The notes: a model not told the origin generated them from the letters alone. A stretch of 32,000 nucleotides of DNA from Megasphaera elsdenii DSM 20460 (GCF_003010495.1 NZ_CP027570.1:390001-422000), one strand, 5' to 3'; counted from the first letter of the stretch, positions 16,213 through 24,241 are shown. Numbers and translations: made by a program.

Positions 16213-16998
16213 TCATTCTTCCTCTAACTCGGCAATGCGCTGTTTCAATTCCCGTTCTTCGTAAAAAACTTTTTCCAGGCACAGGCCCTGGGCTGGTGCC
16301 GTCGCTCCCAGCTGGGTCCGGTCGCCACCTTCCAGGATTTCCCGGAAGCGGTCCGGCGTCAGGCGGTGGAGTCCCAGGTCGACGAGGCCTCCGGCGATGT
16401 TGCGTACCATGTGGTAGAGGAAGCCGTCGCCGACGACGTCGATGTCGAGGACATGGCCCCGCTCGTGAAGGGTAATAGAGTACATGGTCTTGACGGGATT
16501 CATGGGCGTCGTATTCTGGCCTTCAAACGCCGAAAAATCATGCGTCCCCAAGAGGATAGCCGCGCCTTCGCGCATGGCCTGCCGGTCCAGGGGTTTGCGG
16601 ATGAACCAGGCATAGCGCAGGAGGAAAGGGTCGTGCATGCGGTTATTGTCGATGGAATAGCGATAGTGCTTGCCGACATTATCATGGCGGACGCTGAAGC
16701 GGTCCGGCATCTCTTTAGCCGATAAGACGGCAATTTCCGGCGGCAAATAGCCCTTCATGGCATACGGAATCTTTTCCGTCGGAATCGAGCCCTGGCCGTA
16801 GAAGTTGACGACCTGGCCGCGGGCATGGACGCCGGCATCGGTGCGGGCGGCGCCGTAAATGGTGATGGGTGTCCGGAAAATAGCCGACAGCCCCTGCTCG
16901 AGGCAGCGCTGGATCGATTCGGCATTGGTCTGGCGCTGGAAGCCGTGGAAATCGGTGCCATCATAGGCAACGACGAGGCAGATATTCTTCTTCATCAT
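16213..16998 (-). CDS. truA: tRNA pseudouridine(38-40) synthase TruA
   Basis: The N-terminus is VAYDGTDFHGFQRQ, and the catalytic-Asp context is GAARTDAGVHA. I placed the start at the ATG at 16998, which overlaps the ecfT stop (ATGA). The track start at 17004 is a GTG. Confidence 0.9.
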   Translation of the reverse strand: MMKKNICLVVAYDGTDFHGFQRQTNAESIQRCLEQGLSAIFRTPITIYGAARTDAGVHARGQVVNFYGQGSIPTEKIPYAMKGYLPPEIAVLSAKEMPDRFSVRHDNVGKHYRYSIDNNRMHDPFLLRYAWFIRKPLDRQAMREGAAILLGTHDFSAFEGQNTTPMNPVKTMYSITLHERGHVLDIDVVGDGFLYHMVRNIAGGLVDLGLHRLTPDRFREILEGGDRTQLGATAPAQGLCLEKVFYEERELKQRIAELEEE

Positions 16999-17792
16999 AA
17001 CCACCGCATAGCCGCCAGGACGGCCGTGACAATCAGGACGGCGGCCATGGCGATGCCGTCGCGATAGGTATAGGACAATTCATTCATCCGCGTCCTCCCT
17101 TCGCCGCCGCGATAGCAGCGGGCTTCCATCGCCGTTGCCAGGTCATCGGCCCTGCGGAAAGCGCTGACGAAGAGCGGCACCAGGAGGGGAATCATATTCT
17201 TGCCGCGCTGCAAGAGGCTGCCACTGGTAAAATTAGCCCCCCGCGCCGTCTGGGCCTTCATGATGCGGTCCGTTTCTTCCAGGAGCGTCGGAATGAAGCG
17301 CAGGGCGATGGTCATCATCATGGCCAGTTCGTGTGCCGGCACGCCGATGCGCTTGAAAGGATTGAGCAGGTGTTCAATGCCGTCGGTCAGGACGATTGGC
17401 GACGTCGTATAGGTCAGGAGCGACGAAAAGACGATGAGGAAGACCAGGCGGGCCGTCATGAGCGCCCCCTGGTACAGGCCTTCTTTGGTGATGTGGAAGA
17501 TACCGTACTGCCAGAGGACATCGCCAGGCGTCGTGAAGATATGGACGCCCATCGTGAAGATGATGATGACCCACAGGGGCTTCAAGGACTTGAGGATGAA
17601 TTTCACCGGCAGGCGGGAAATGGCAAAACTCAAGGCGACGAAAGCCGTGACCAGGGCATATGAGGCCAGGGAATGGGCAAAGAAGATGGCGATGATGAAA
17701 ATCATCGTAGCTACGATCTTGATACGCGGATCGAGTTTATGTAAGAAAGACGTGCCGGGAAAATACTGGCCCAGCGTAATATCAGTGAGCAT
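16995..17792 (-). CDS. ecfT: ECF transporter transmembrane component EcfT
   Basis: 265-aa polytopic protein with the conserved ARG coupling motifs (AQTARGANF and the SAFRRADDLATAMEARCY region). It follows two EcfA ATPases. Confidence 0.9.
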   Translation of the reverse strand: MLTDITLGQYFPGTSFLHKLDPRIKIVATMIFIIAIFFAHSLASYALVTAFVALSFAISRLPVKFILKSLKPLWVIIIFTMGVHIFTTPGDVLWQYGIFHITKEGLYQGALMTARLVFLIVFSSLLTYTTSPIVLTDGIEHLLNPFKRIGVPAHELAMMMTIALRFIPTLLEETDRIMKAQTARGANFTSGSLLQRGKNMIPLLVPLFVSAFRRADDLATAMEARCYRGGEGRTRMNELSYTYRDGIAMAAVLIVTAVLAAMRWL

Positions 17793-18654
17793 GGCCCTTG
17801 CCTCCTTTCAGGCAGTCGAAAATAGCCTGTGCCCCTTCTTCGACGGTCCGGACCCGGTCGTCGACGGCAAGGCCCCGTCCCTGGAGGTATTGGAGCACTC
17901 CCGTGACGGGCGGCACGGATACACCGGCATCGTGCAAGGCGCGCTGCTGGGTCGCAAAGATATCCAGCGGTTCGCCGTCGAGGACGATATGGCCCTGGGA
18001 CAAGACCAGCAGGCGGCTGGCCAGGCGGGAAATATCGTCCATATTATGGGAGACTAAGATGACCGTAATGCCCTTCTCCTGATGCCAGCGCTGGATTTCT
18101 GAAAAGATTTCCCGCCGGCCGATGGGATCCAGTCCGGCCGACGGTTCGTCCAGGATGAGATACGACGGGTGGATGGCGATGACGCCGGCAATGGCAACGC
18201 GGCGCATCTGGCCGCCGCTCAGGCGGAACGGCGAGCGGTCGGCATAGGTCTTGTAATCGAGGCCGACGAAGTCCATCGCTTCTTTGACCCGTTCTGTCAC
18301 TTCGTCTTCGCTCAGGCCGAAGTTGCGCGGCCCGAAGGCGATGTCTTTGGCAATCGTTTCTTCAAAGAGCTGATATTCCGGGTACTGGAAGACCATGCCC
18401 ACTTTGTGGCGCACGGCCATGGCTTCTTTCGTCTTCTTGCCGATATCCGTCCCGTCGACGGTCACGGTCCCGGCCGTCGGCTTGATGAGGCCGTTGAGGA
18501 TCTGGACCAGCGTCGACTTGCCCGAGCCGGTATGACCGATGATGCCGACAAATTCCCCTTTATGGATTTCGACATCCGTATCGTAAAGGGCGGTCTTCTC
18601 GAAAGGCGTCCCGATTCCGTAGGTATAGGTCACATTGCTTAACTTAATCGACAT
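17782..18654 (-). CDS. ecfA2: ECF transporter ATPase EcfA2
   Basis: 290 aa with Walker A GHTGSGKST, signature LSGGQMRRVA and Walker B LILDEPSAGLD. It is the second ATPase of the ecfA1-ecfA2-ecfT set. Confidence 0.9.
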   Translation of the reverse strand: MSIKLSNVTYTYGIGTPFEKTALYDTDVEIHKGEFVGIIGHTGSGKSTLVQILNGLIKPTAGTVTVDGTDIGKKTKEAMAVRHKVGMVFQYPEYQLFEETIAKDIAFGPRNFGLSEDEVTERVKEAMDFVGLDYKTYADRSPFRLSGGQMRRVAIAGVIAIHPSYLILDEPSAGLDPIGRREIFSEIQRWHQEKGITVILVSHNMDDISRLASRLLVLSQGHIVLDGEPLDIFATQQRALHDAGVSVPPVTGVLQYLQGRGLAVDDRVRTVEEGAQAIFDCLKGGKGHAH

Positions 18655-19478
18655 AATGCATCTCCTAATTCTTCCTCGGTAATAATGGAATCCGGCAAAT
18701 CAAGGCCTTTCTGGCGCAGCCGTTCTGCCAGTTCGGCAGCTACGGGCACGTCGAGACCCATAGCCTTCAGTTCCTTGACATGCGTAAAGACGTCGCGCGG
18801 CGTCCCGTCCATCTTCATTTCGGCCCGGTCGACGACGACGACGCGGTCGGCCTGGACGGCTTCTTCCATGAAATGAGTGATGATGATGATGGTAATGCCT
18901 TCGTCATGGAGCTGATGGAGCGTATCCATGACTTCCTTGCGGCCGACGGGGTCAAGCATGGCCGTCGGTTCGTCCAGGACGATGCAGTCACACTGCATGG
19001 CCAGGATACCGGCAATGGCGACGCGCTGCTTCTGGCCGCCGCTCAAGAGGTGCGGCCCGTGTTTGGCATAAATAGTCATATTGACGCGGCGCAGGGCATC
19101 GCTGACACGGGCCTTGATTTCATCAGACGGGATGCCCAGGTTTTCCGGCCCAAAAGCCACGTCTTCTTCGACGACGGCGGCGACGATCTGGTTATCCGGA
19201 TTCTGGAAGACCATGCCCACATGCTGGCGTATCTTCCAGATATTGGCGGGGTCATCGGTCCGCATGCCGCAGACTTCACACGTGCCGGACGTCGGCGTCA
19301 GGAGGACATTGAAATGCTTGGCCAACGTCGACTTGCCGGAACCGTTGGTCCCGATGATGGCGACAAATTCGCCCTTGCCAATTTCCAGGGAAATATCCTT
19401 CAAGGCATAGACCACCTTGCCGTCTTCATCTTCATAGGTATGGCTGAGATGATCCGTTTTAATCATAGGTTCTGTCAT
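18639..19478 (-). CDS. ecfA1: ECF transporter ATPase EcfA1
   Basis: 279 aa with Walker A GTNGSGKST, signature LSGGQKQRVA and Walker B IVLDEPTAMLD. An AAGGAG RBS is present. Confidence 0.9.
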   Translation of the reverse strand: MTEPMIKTDHLSHTYEDEDGKVVYALKDISLEIGKGEFVAIIGTNGSGKSTLAKHFNVLLTPTSGTCEVCGMRTDDPANIWKIRQHVGMVFQNPDNQIVAAVVEEDVAFGPENLGIPSDEIKARVSDALRRVNMTIYAKHGPHLLSGGQKQRVAIAGILAMQCDCIVLDEPTAMLDPVGRKEVMDTLHQLHDEGITIIIITHFMEEAVQADRVVVVDRAEMKMDGTPRDVFTHVKELKAMGLDVPVAAELAERLRQKGLDLPDSIITEEELGDALCRLS

Positions 19479-19501
19479 ACTAACTCCTTAGTTATTCATG
19501 G

Positions 19502-21607
19502 TTAAAAAATACGGCTTCCGACCTGGTAGACGACGAAGGTCAGGCCCCAGGCGACGGCAACTTGGAAACAGACGGAAAAGGCCGTCCACTTCCAGCTGTG
19601 CGATTCAGCGTGAATCGTGGCGATTGTCGCGGCGCAGGGGATATAGAGCAGGGAAAAGAGCATCATGCAGTAGGCATTGAGCTGGGTGAACCCGCCTTGA
19701 CTCATCATGGACGCCAGGGCTGCCAGGGCCGCCGGCGAATTGATGTTGACGCCATCGAAGAGGACGGCAAAACTGGAAACGACGACTTCCTTGGCGGAAA
19801 TACCGGCCAGGAGGGCCAGACAAATCTGCCAGTACCCCAGGCCGATGGGCGCAAAGAAAGGTACGATGGCCTTGCCGATGATAGCGCCGAAACTGTCGGC
19901 CATGTCGCCATAACCGGCGGGGCCGAAGTTGAGGATGAACCACATGAGGATGGATGCGGCGAAAATGACCGTACCGGCACGGCTCAAGTAGTCCTTGATC
20001 TTTTCCCAGACGTAGATATAGACCGTGTGGGCACTGGGGCGCTTGTATTCAGGCAGTTCGATGAGCAGGTCGTTTTCCTTCTTGACATGACTGAAGACAT
20101 TCATGGCCTTCAAGGCGACCAGGGCCACGACGATGCCGATGAGGTACATGGAATAGGCGACGATCATGGCGTCGTTAGGGAAGAACATACCCGAAAAGAG
20201 GATGTAAATCGGCAGGCGGGCACTACAGGACATGAACGGCGTGACCAGCATCGTCCGATAGCGGTCGCGCTTATCTTCCAGGGCCCGCGAAGCCATGATG
20301 GCCGGTACACTGCAGCCGAAGCCGAGGATCATGGGGATGAAAGCCCGGCCCGATAAGCCCAGGCGGTTCATGATGTCATTCATGACATAGGCCACGCGGG
20401 ACATATAGCCGCTGTCTTCTAAGAGGGCCAGGGCGAAAAAGAGGATACAGATGTTGGGCAGGAAAGTCAAAATCCCGCCGACGCCAGCGATGATGCCGTC
20501 GCAGACCAGGGAAATGAGCATATCATCAGCGCCCAGCGAGGTCAGTCCCCCTTCCGCCATGGCCGACAGGGCATCGATGGACCCTTGGAAGGAATCCTGT
20601 ACCATGTCGCCGACGAAGAAGGTCAAGAAGAAGACGATAGCCATGATGGCCAGGAAAATCGGAATGCCCAGCCATTTATCGGTCAGGTAGCGGTCGACGG
20701 AGTCCGTAGCAGCCGCCTTCGACGCCTGATTGACGACGACTTCATGGATGATTTCTTCGATGAAGGCGTATTTCTCCGTAATGATATCCGTTTCATAACT
20801 GCGGTCCAGGACGTGGTGGACGTCGTCGACGGGATATTTGGCCGCAATCTCCGGATCCTTTTCAAGGAGCTTCAAGGCATGCCAGCGATGATTGTACAAG
20901 TCCGGATATTTATCGTGCAAAAGGTGGCGCACGGCGTCGATGCGGTCTTCCATTTCATCGCTGTAGACCATGGCAAATTCACTGTGATGGTTGTGCTGAT
21001 GATTGGTCTGATCCGAATGGTTGTGGATGAGCCGGTCCGGATGGACGTGGTCCTTATGATGGACGGCGGCATGGAGCAGGACGCTCAGGCCGCGGCGTTT
21101 CAAGGCCGATACGGGGATGACCGGCACGCCGAGCATTTCCGGCAGACGGTGCAAGTCGATTTCCATACCCCGCTTCTCGACGATATCCATCATATTCAAG
21201 GCGACGACGACGGGCTTGCCCAGTTCCAGGAGCTGCAAGGTCAGGTAGAGATTGCGTTCCAGGGCCGATGCATCGATGACGTCGACGATGACGTCGACAT
21301 CGTCACTGAGGATGAAATTACGCGAAACCTGTTCTTCCATGGTATACGACGTCAAGCTGTACGTCCCGGGCAGGTCGACGAGGTGGATGTGATAACCGTG
21401 GGCATTGATGGCGCCTTCGACCTTTTCGACGGTGACGCCGGGCCAGTTGGCCACTTTGAGGTTGGCCCCGGTGTAGGCGTTGAACAAAGTCGTCTTGCCG
21501 CAGTTCGGGTTGCCGATGAAAGCAACTGTCATTTCCTTCTTTTCCACTTGGGCCGGTGCCTTAGGAACCTGTGCTTCCCTCGTCTGCGCCTTTACTTCGC
21601 TAGTCAT
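19502..21607 (-). CDS. feoB: Ferrous iron transporter FeoB
   Basis: 701 aa with an N-terminal G domain (GNPNCGKTTLFN, DLPG, NMMD) and a polytopic permease domain. The start ATG overlaps the feoA stop (ATGACTAG). An internal ATG at residue 26 is an alternative start. Confidence 0.93.
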   Translation of the reverse strand: MTSEVKAQTREAQVPKAPAQVEKKEMTVAFIGNPNCGKTTLFNAYTGANLKVANWPGVTVEKVEGAINAHGYHIHLVDLPGTYSLTSYTMEEQVSRNFILSDDVDVIVDVIDASALERNLYLTLQLLELGKPVVVALNMMDIVEKRGMEIDLHRLPEMLGVPVIPVSALKRRGLSVLLHAAVHHKDHVHPDRLIHNHSDQTNHQHNHHSEFAMVYSDEMEDRIDAVRHLLHDKYPDLYNHRWHALKLLEKDPEIAAKYPVDDVHHVLDRSYETDIITEKYAFIEEIIHEVVVNQASKAAATDSVDRYLTDKWLGIPIFLAIMAIVFFLTFFVGDMVQDSFQGSIDALSAMAEGGLTSLGADDMLISLVCDGIIAGVGGILTFLPNICILFFALALLEDSGYMSRVAYVMNDIMNRLGLSGRAFIPMILGFGCSVPAIMASRALEDKRDRYRTMLVTPFMSCSARLPIYILFSGMFFPNDAMIVAYSMYLIGIVVALVALKAMNVFSHVKKENDLLIELPEYKRPSAHTVYIYVWEKIKDYLSRAGTVIFAASILMWFILNFGPAGYGDMADSFGAIIGKAIVPFFAPIGLGYWQICLALLAGISAKEVVVSSFAVLFDGVNINSPAALAALASMMSQGGFTQLNAYCMMLFSLLYIPCAATIATIHAESHSWKWTAFSVCFQVAVAWGLTFVVYQVGSRIF

Positions 21608-21830
21608 GGTCCTTCCCCCTTACTTCGATGTGCGACGAAATCCCTTTGCCCAAAGCCAGGCGGGTACTGCGCATCTTGATGATGACCGTTCCTTCGTTCT
21701 TATTGTTGAGCACGGAGATTTCCGTCCCTTCGATCATGCCCAGGGCCTGCAGACGTTTTTCCGTCTGGTCCGGCAAGGTCAATTTTTCTACAATATAATC
21801 GCAACCGATTTTCCCTTCTGCTAAAGTCAT
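21600..21830 (-). CDS. feoA: FeoA family protein
   Basis: 76-aa SH3-like FeoA (RLQALGMIEGTEISVLNN...IIKMRSTRLALGKG). This is the C-terminal part of the 130-aa track ORF. The start is the ATG at 21830, 11 nt after the DUF805 stop. Confidence 0.85.
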   Translation of the reverse strand: MTLAEGKIGCDYIVEKLTLPDQTEKRLQALGMIEGTEISVLNNKNEGTVIIKMRSTRLALGKGISSHIEVRGKDHD

Positions 21831-21841
21831 ACTGCCGCCCC

Positions 21842-22399
21842 CTATCGCGCCCGTTCCGGGCCATAGGCATTGTCGCCGGACGTCCCCTTGACGGTAAACA
21901 AGCCCAGATAAGACACAGCCATGATCGACTGAGCTGCCATAGCGGCTGTATCCTGTCCCAGGACGGGCAGGACATAGCTGGCCAGGTAACAAATAAAAGG
22001 AACGGCGAACATGAGGCCCGGCTTGTTGATGTCGTGACAGCGGCGGACGCCCAGGGAAATCTGGGACCAGACAGCCGGAATGGACAGCAGGACGAAGATA
22101 ATCGCGAAAATGATGGCATATTCCATATGATTGATCAAAATAGATTCAACGATCTTGCTGTAGAGGATGATAGAGAACATGAACTGGGCGAACATTAAAA
22201 TCAATGTCCGGAAAATAAAAGGCCGGCGCTGAATACGGCCGGTAAAGCGGAAATACTTGGCCTTCAGATCGGCAAAGTCACGGAAACTGACCAGGCTGTT
22301 TTCGCTCCCCGGACCGACAGGCATGGCAAAACCGCGGTGAATCCGGGCTGATTGGCGGGACCGCTTCTTCAATTTAATTTTTTGATTGCGTTGAGACAC
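21842..22399 (-). CDS. DUF805 (YhaH/YhaI-like) inner membrane protein
   Basis: 185 aa with DUF805 hallmarks FTGRIQRRPF and VRRCHDINKPG. It uses a GTG start with an AGGAGG RBS 8 nt upstream, and has a basic N-terminal extension. Confidence 0.75.
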   Translation of the reverse strand: MSQRNQKIKLKKRSRQSARIHRGFAMPVGPGSENSLVSFRDFADLKAKYFRFTGRIQRRPFIFRTLILMFAQFMFSIILYSKIVESILINHMEYAIIFAIIFVLLSIPAVWSQISLGVRRCHDINKPGLMFAVPFICYLASYVLPVLGQDTAAMAAQSIMAVSYLGLFTVKGTSGDNAYGPERAR

Positions 22400-22515
22400 A
22401 ACGATTACCTCCTATAAAATGCTTACAGTACTATCCTACTATATTCATGGCCTCGATTCAATTCATTTCTGTCAAAATATGATATAATAGAAAAAATTAC
22501 TTTAAGGAGGTCCTT

Positions 22516-22977
22516 ATGGAATCTACTGTCTTTACGAATCTGCGCGGCTCTGAAGGAGCCCTGACCTTTAATTTTTTCTGTGAATCCTTGATTACCTCAC
22601 TCCATACCTTGACGCACGTCATGGAAGATGCCGGCATCGCCGTCCCGGATAACGTCGGCGACGTCGCCGACGCCCTGGGAGAAATGGGCAGCCACCTCAT
22701 GGAAGACTACCAGCGCGGCGAACTCGACCTGGGCCGTTTCAAAGATGAAATCCTCGATTTCTACGACCTCAACTTCGCCGTCAACGACGCCCTGGCTTCG
22801 GCCATCATGAGCCACGACGACCTGCAGTACTATTACTACGTCTATATGCAGGGCCTGTATATCTTCTTCCCCAACATGATGGAAGCCTTCAACGCCGACA
22901 TCGAAGACGAAAAAATCATCCCCTTCCTTGACGAACTGGCCAACGAATTTCGCCAGCTCGCCGGCAGCGGATCGTGA
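22516..22977 (+). CDS. Hypothetical small acidic, predicted-helical protein
   Basis: 153 aa with a strong AAGGAGG RBS 6 nt upstream of the ATG, and an extended -10 (TGATATAAT) about 25 nt further upstream. I recognise no motif. Confidence 0.6.
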   Translation: MESTVFTNLRGSEGALTFNFFCESLITSLHTLTHVMEDAGIAVPDNVGDVADALGEMGSHLMEDYQRGELDLGRFKDEILDFYDLNFAVNDALASAIMSHDDLQYYYYVYMQGLYIFFPNMMEAFNADIEDEKIIPFLDELANEFRQLAGSGS

Positions 22978-22984
22978 TGGCGCC

Positions 22985-23083
22985 CTGCGGCCTAGTGGCT
23001 CGTGGCTTCGGACTGCGGCCTAGTGGCTCGTGGCTTCGGACTGCGGCCTGGTGGCTCGTGGTTTCGGCCTGCGGCCTAGTGGC
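22985..23083 (+). repeat. Tandem 28-bp repeat, 3.5 copies (CTGCGGCCTAGTGGCTCGTGGCTTCGGA), equal to four CTnnGGn heptads per unit
   Basis: Copies at 22985-23012 and 23013-23040 are identical. Copy 23041-23068 has three substitutions. A partial copy lies at 23069-23083. The array starts 8 nt after the stop of the 153-aa gene. It shares the 15-mer TAGTGGCTCGTGGCT with 31420-31434. Confidence 0.9.
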
Positions 23084-23100
23084 CGCATCGTAAGGACCGT

Positions 23101-23198
23101 CCGTAGGGGCCGTCCCAAAGGGCGGCCCGTTGTGGGAATCCCACCATCGGCAATCCGTAGGGGCGACCACGTGGGCGCCCGTTGCGGGAATCCCGCAT
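23101..23198 (+). repeat. Two tandem ~54-bp GC-rich modules (CCGTAGGGG + hairpin + CCCGTTG + hairpin)
   Basis: Module 1 hairpins are 23107-23128 (GGGCCGTCC-caaa-GGGCGGCCC) and 23132-23144 (GTGGG-aat-CCCAC). Module 2 hairpins are 23161-23180 (GGGCG...CGCCC) and 23184-23196 (GCGGG-aat-CCCGC). The second stem differs by a compensatory T:A to C:G change. Confidence 0.7.
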
Positions 23199-23208
23199 CT
23201 CGTTCCAT

Positions 23209-23243
23209 AAAAAGGGCTTGTCGCACGACGACAAGCCCTTTTT
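23209..23243. terminator. Bidirectional terminator (A5-GGGCTTGTCG-cacga-CGACAAGCCC-T5) shared by the 153-aa gene and uppP
   Basis: Perfect 10-bp stem at 23214-23223/23229-23238. The sequence is identical to the hairpin at 6874-6898. Confidence 0.8.
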
Positions 23244-23264
23244 GAGTTTGAAGTTGAAAGTTCA
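23244..23264 (+). repeat. Heptads GAGTTTG AAGTTGA AAGTTCA following the terminator
   Basis: Together with the T-run, this forms a 26-nt exact match to 4300-4325. Confidence 0.8.
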
Positions 23265-23278
23265 GCCCCTTATTTCGA

Positions 23279-23312
23279 CCTGCGGGACGCCCTCTGGGCG
23301 TCCCCTACGAAT
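23279..23312 (-). repeat. Inverted third copy of the CCGTAGGGG-hairpin module
   Basis: The minus strand reads TTCGTAGGGGACGCCC-aga-GGGCGTCCCGCAGG, with a perfect 9-bp stem at 23284-23292/23296-23304. It is in inverted orientation relative to the modules at 23101-23198, so the two bracket the terminator. Confidence 0.65.
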
Positions 23313-23338
23313 GCAGCCTACGAATTGAGTCTCACAAA

Positions 23339-24166
23339 TTACAGGATGAAGAAGTAGACAAAGGAAATGACGGCTACGACGAAGCGATAGTAGGCAAAGG
23401 ATGCCAGCGTCGATTTATTCATGAACTTCAGGAACCAGAGGACCGAAATGTAAGCGACGATGAAGGCCGTAATGAAGCCGATGATGATCATGACCAGGTC
23501 GTTTCCGCTGAGGTCGCTCAAGCTCTTCAAGAGGTCGTAGAAGCAGGCGACGATCATGACCGGCACGGCGATGATGAAGGAAAAGTCAGCCGCTGCCTTC
23601 CGGCTGAGGCCCAGGAAGAGGCCGCCGGCGATGGTCGAACCGGAACGGGAAAAGCCAGGCCATAAAGCCAGGACCTGGAACATGCCCGTCAGGAAAGCCT
23701 GGGCAATGGTCATCCTTTCGACGTCGTTGCAGACCGTCTTGGTATGGGATTTTTCAGCGACGAGCATGAAGATACCGCCGATGATGAGGCCGATGATGAC
23801 CGTACCGGCTGAAAAGAGATAGGTCTTGATGGCATGGTGGGCCAGATAGCCGATACCCATGACCGGTACGATACCGGCCGCGATGTGAGCCAGGGTCAGA
23901 CCCGTATCGGTGCGGAACCAGTTTTCCCGGCGGAAGAGGTCCCAGCAGCGGTACTGGTGGAGCATGCGGATGAATTTCTCTTTATAGATGATGATGACCG
24001 ACAAGATGGCGCCAAGCTGGATGAAGACTTCAAAGACACTGGCCCGGGGTCCTGTAAAGCCGAGCATATCGCCGACGAGAATCATATGGCCCGTCGAAGA
24101 AACTGGCAAATATTCAGTCACCCCTTCGACGATACCCAGGATGACGGCAATAATATAATCACTCAT
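23339..24166 (-). CDS. uppP: Undecaprenyl-diphosphate phosphatase UppP (BacA)
   Basis: The N-terminus is GIVEGVTEYLPVSSTGHMILV, and PGFSRSGSTI is also present. I placed the start at the ATG at 24166 (MSDYII), which has an AAGGAG RBS 8 nt upstream. The 316-aa track ORF runs upstream into a terminator hairpin. Confidence 0.9.
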   Translation of the reverse strand: MSDYIIAVILGIVEGVTEYLPVSSTGHMILVGDMLGFTGPRASVFEVFIQLGAILSVIIIYKEKFIRMLHQYRCWDLFRRENWFRTDTGLTLAHIAAGIVPVMGIGYLAHHAIKTYLFSAGTVIIGLIIGGIFMLVAEKSHTKTVCNDVERMTIAQAFLTGMFQVLALWPGFSRSGSTIAGGLFLGLSRKAAADFSFIIAVPVMIVACFYDLLKSLSDLSGNDLVMIIIGFITAFIVAYISVLWFLKFMNKSTLASFAYYRFVVAVISFVYFFIL

Positions 24167-24221
24167 TTTTCTAACTCCTTTTCGCGGAACACTTGATGAA
24201 AAGCTTACAACAATACTTGAA

Positions 24222-24230
24222 AGTATACCA
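24222..24230 (-). promoter_or_regulatory. Possible extended -10 (TGgTATACT) for uppP
   Basis: The minus strand reads TGGTATACT, about 55 nt upstream of the uppP ATG and just downstream of the preceding terminator. Confidence 0.35.
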
Positions 24231-24241
24231 CAATGGCAGGT

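Noticed and set aside
21831-21992. Long form of the feoA ORF (130 aa).
   Set aside because: The upstream part overlaps the well-supported DUF805 gene in another frame. FeoA proteins are about 75 aa, and the ATG at 21830 gives a full FeoA domain.
22400-22515. Fur box expected upstream of the DUF805-feoAB operon.
   Set aside because: I tried aligning GATAATGATAATCATTATC and the 7-1-7 TGATAATnATTATCA consensus to both strands. Only AT-rich fragments matched (ATATGATATAAT, GAAATGAATTGAATC), with too many mismatches to call.
22985-23083. Possible CRISPR array, because the repeat length is 28 bp.
   Set aside because: The copies are directly adjacent with no spacers. There are no cas genes in the window, and the unit is internally heptad-structured. 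It is a tandem repeat, not a CRISPR array.
23030-23245. 71-aa Arg/Gly/Pro-rich ORF (and minus-strand ORFs 22916-23170 and 23020-23226) spanning the GC-rich repeats.
   Set aside because: There is no RBS. The composition is dictated by the repeats, and the frames are interrupted between repeat copies. The region is better explained as structured non-coding DNA or RNA.
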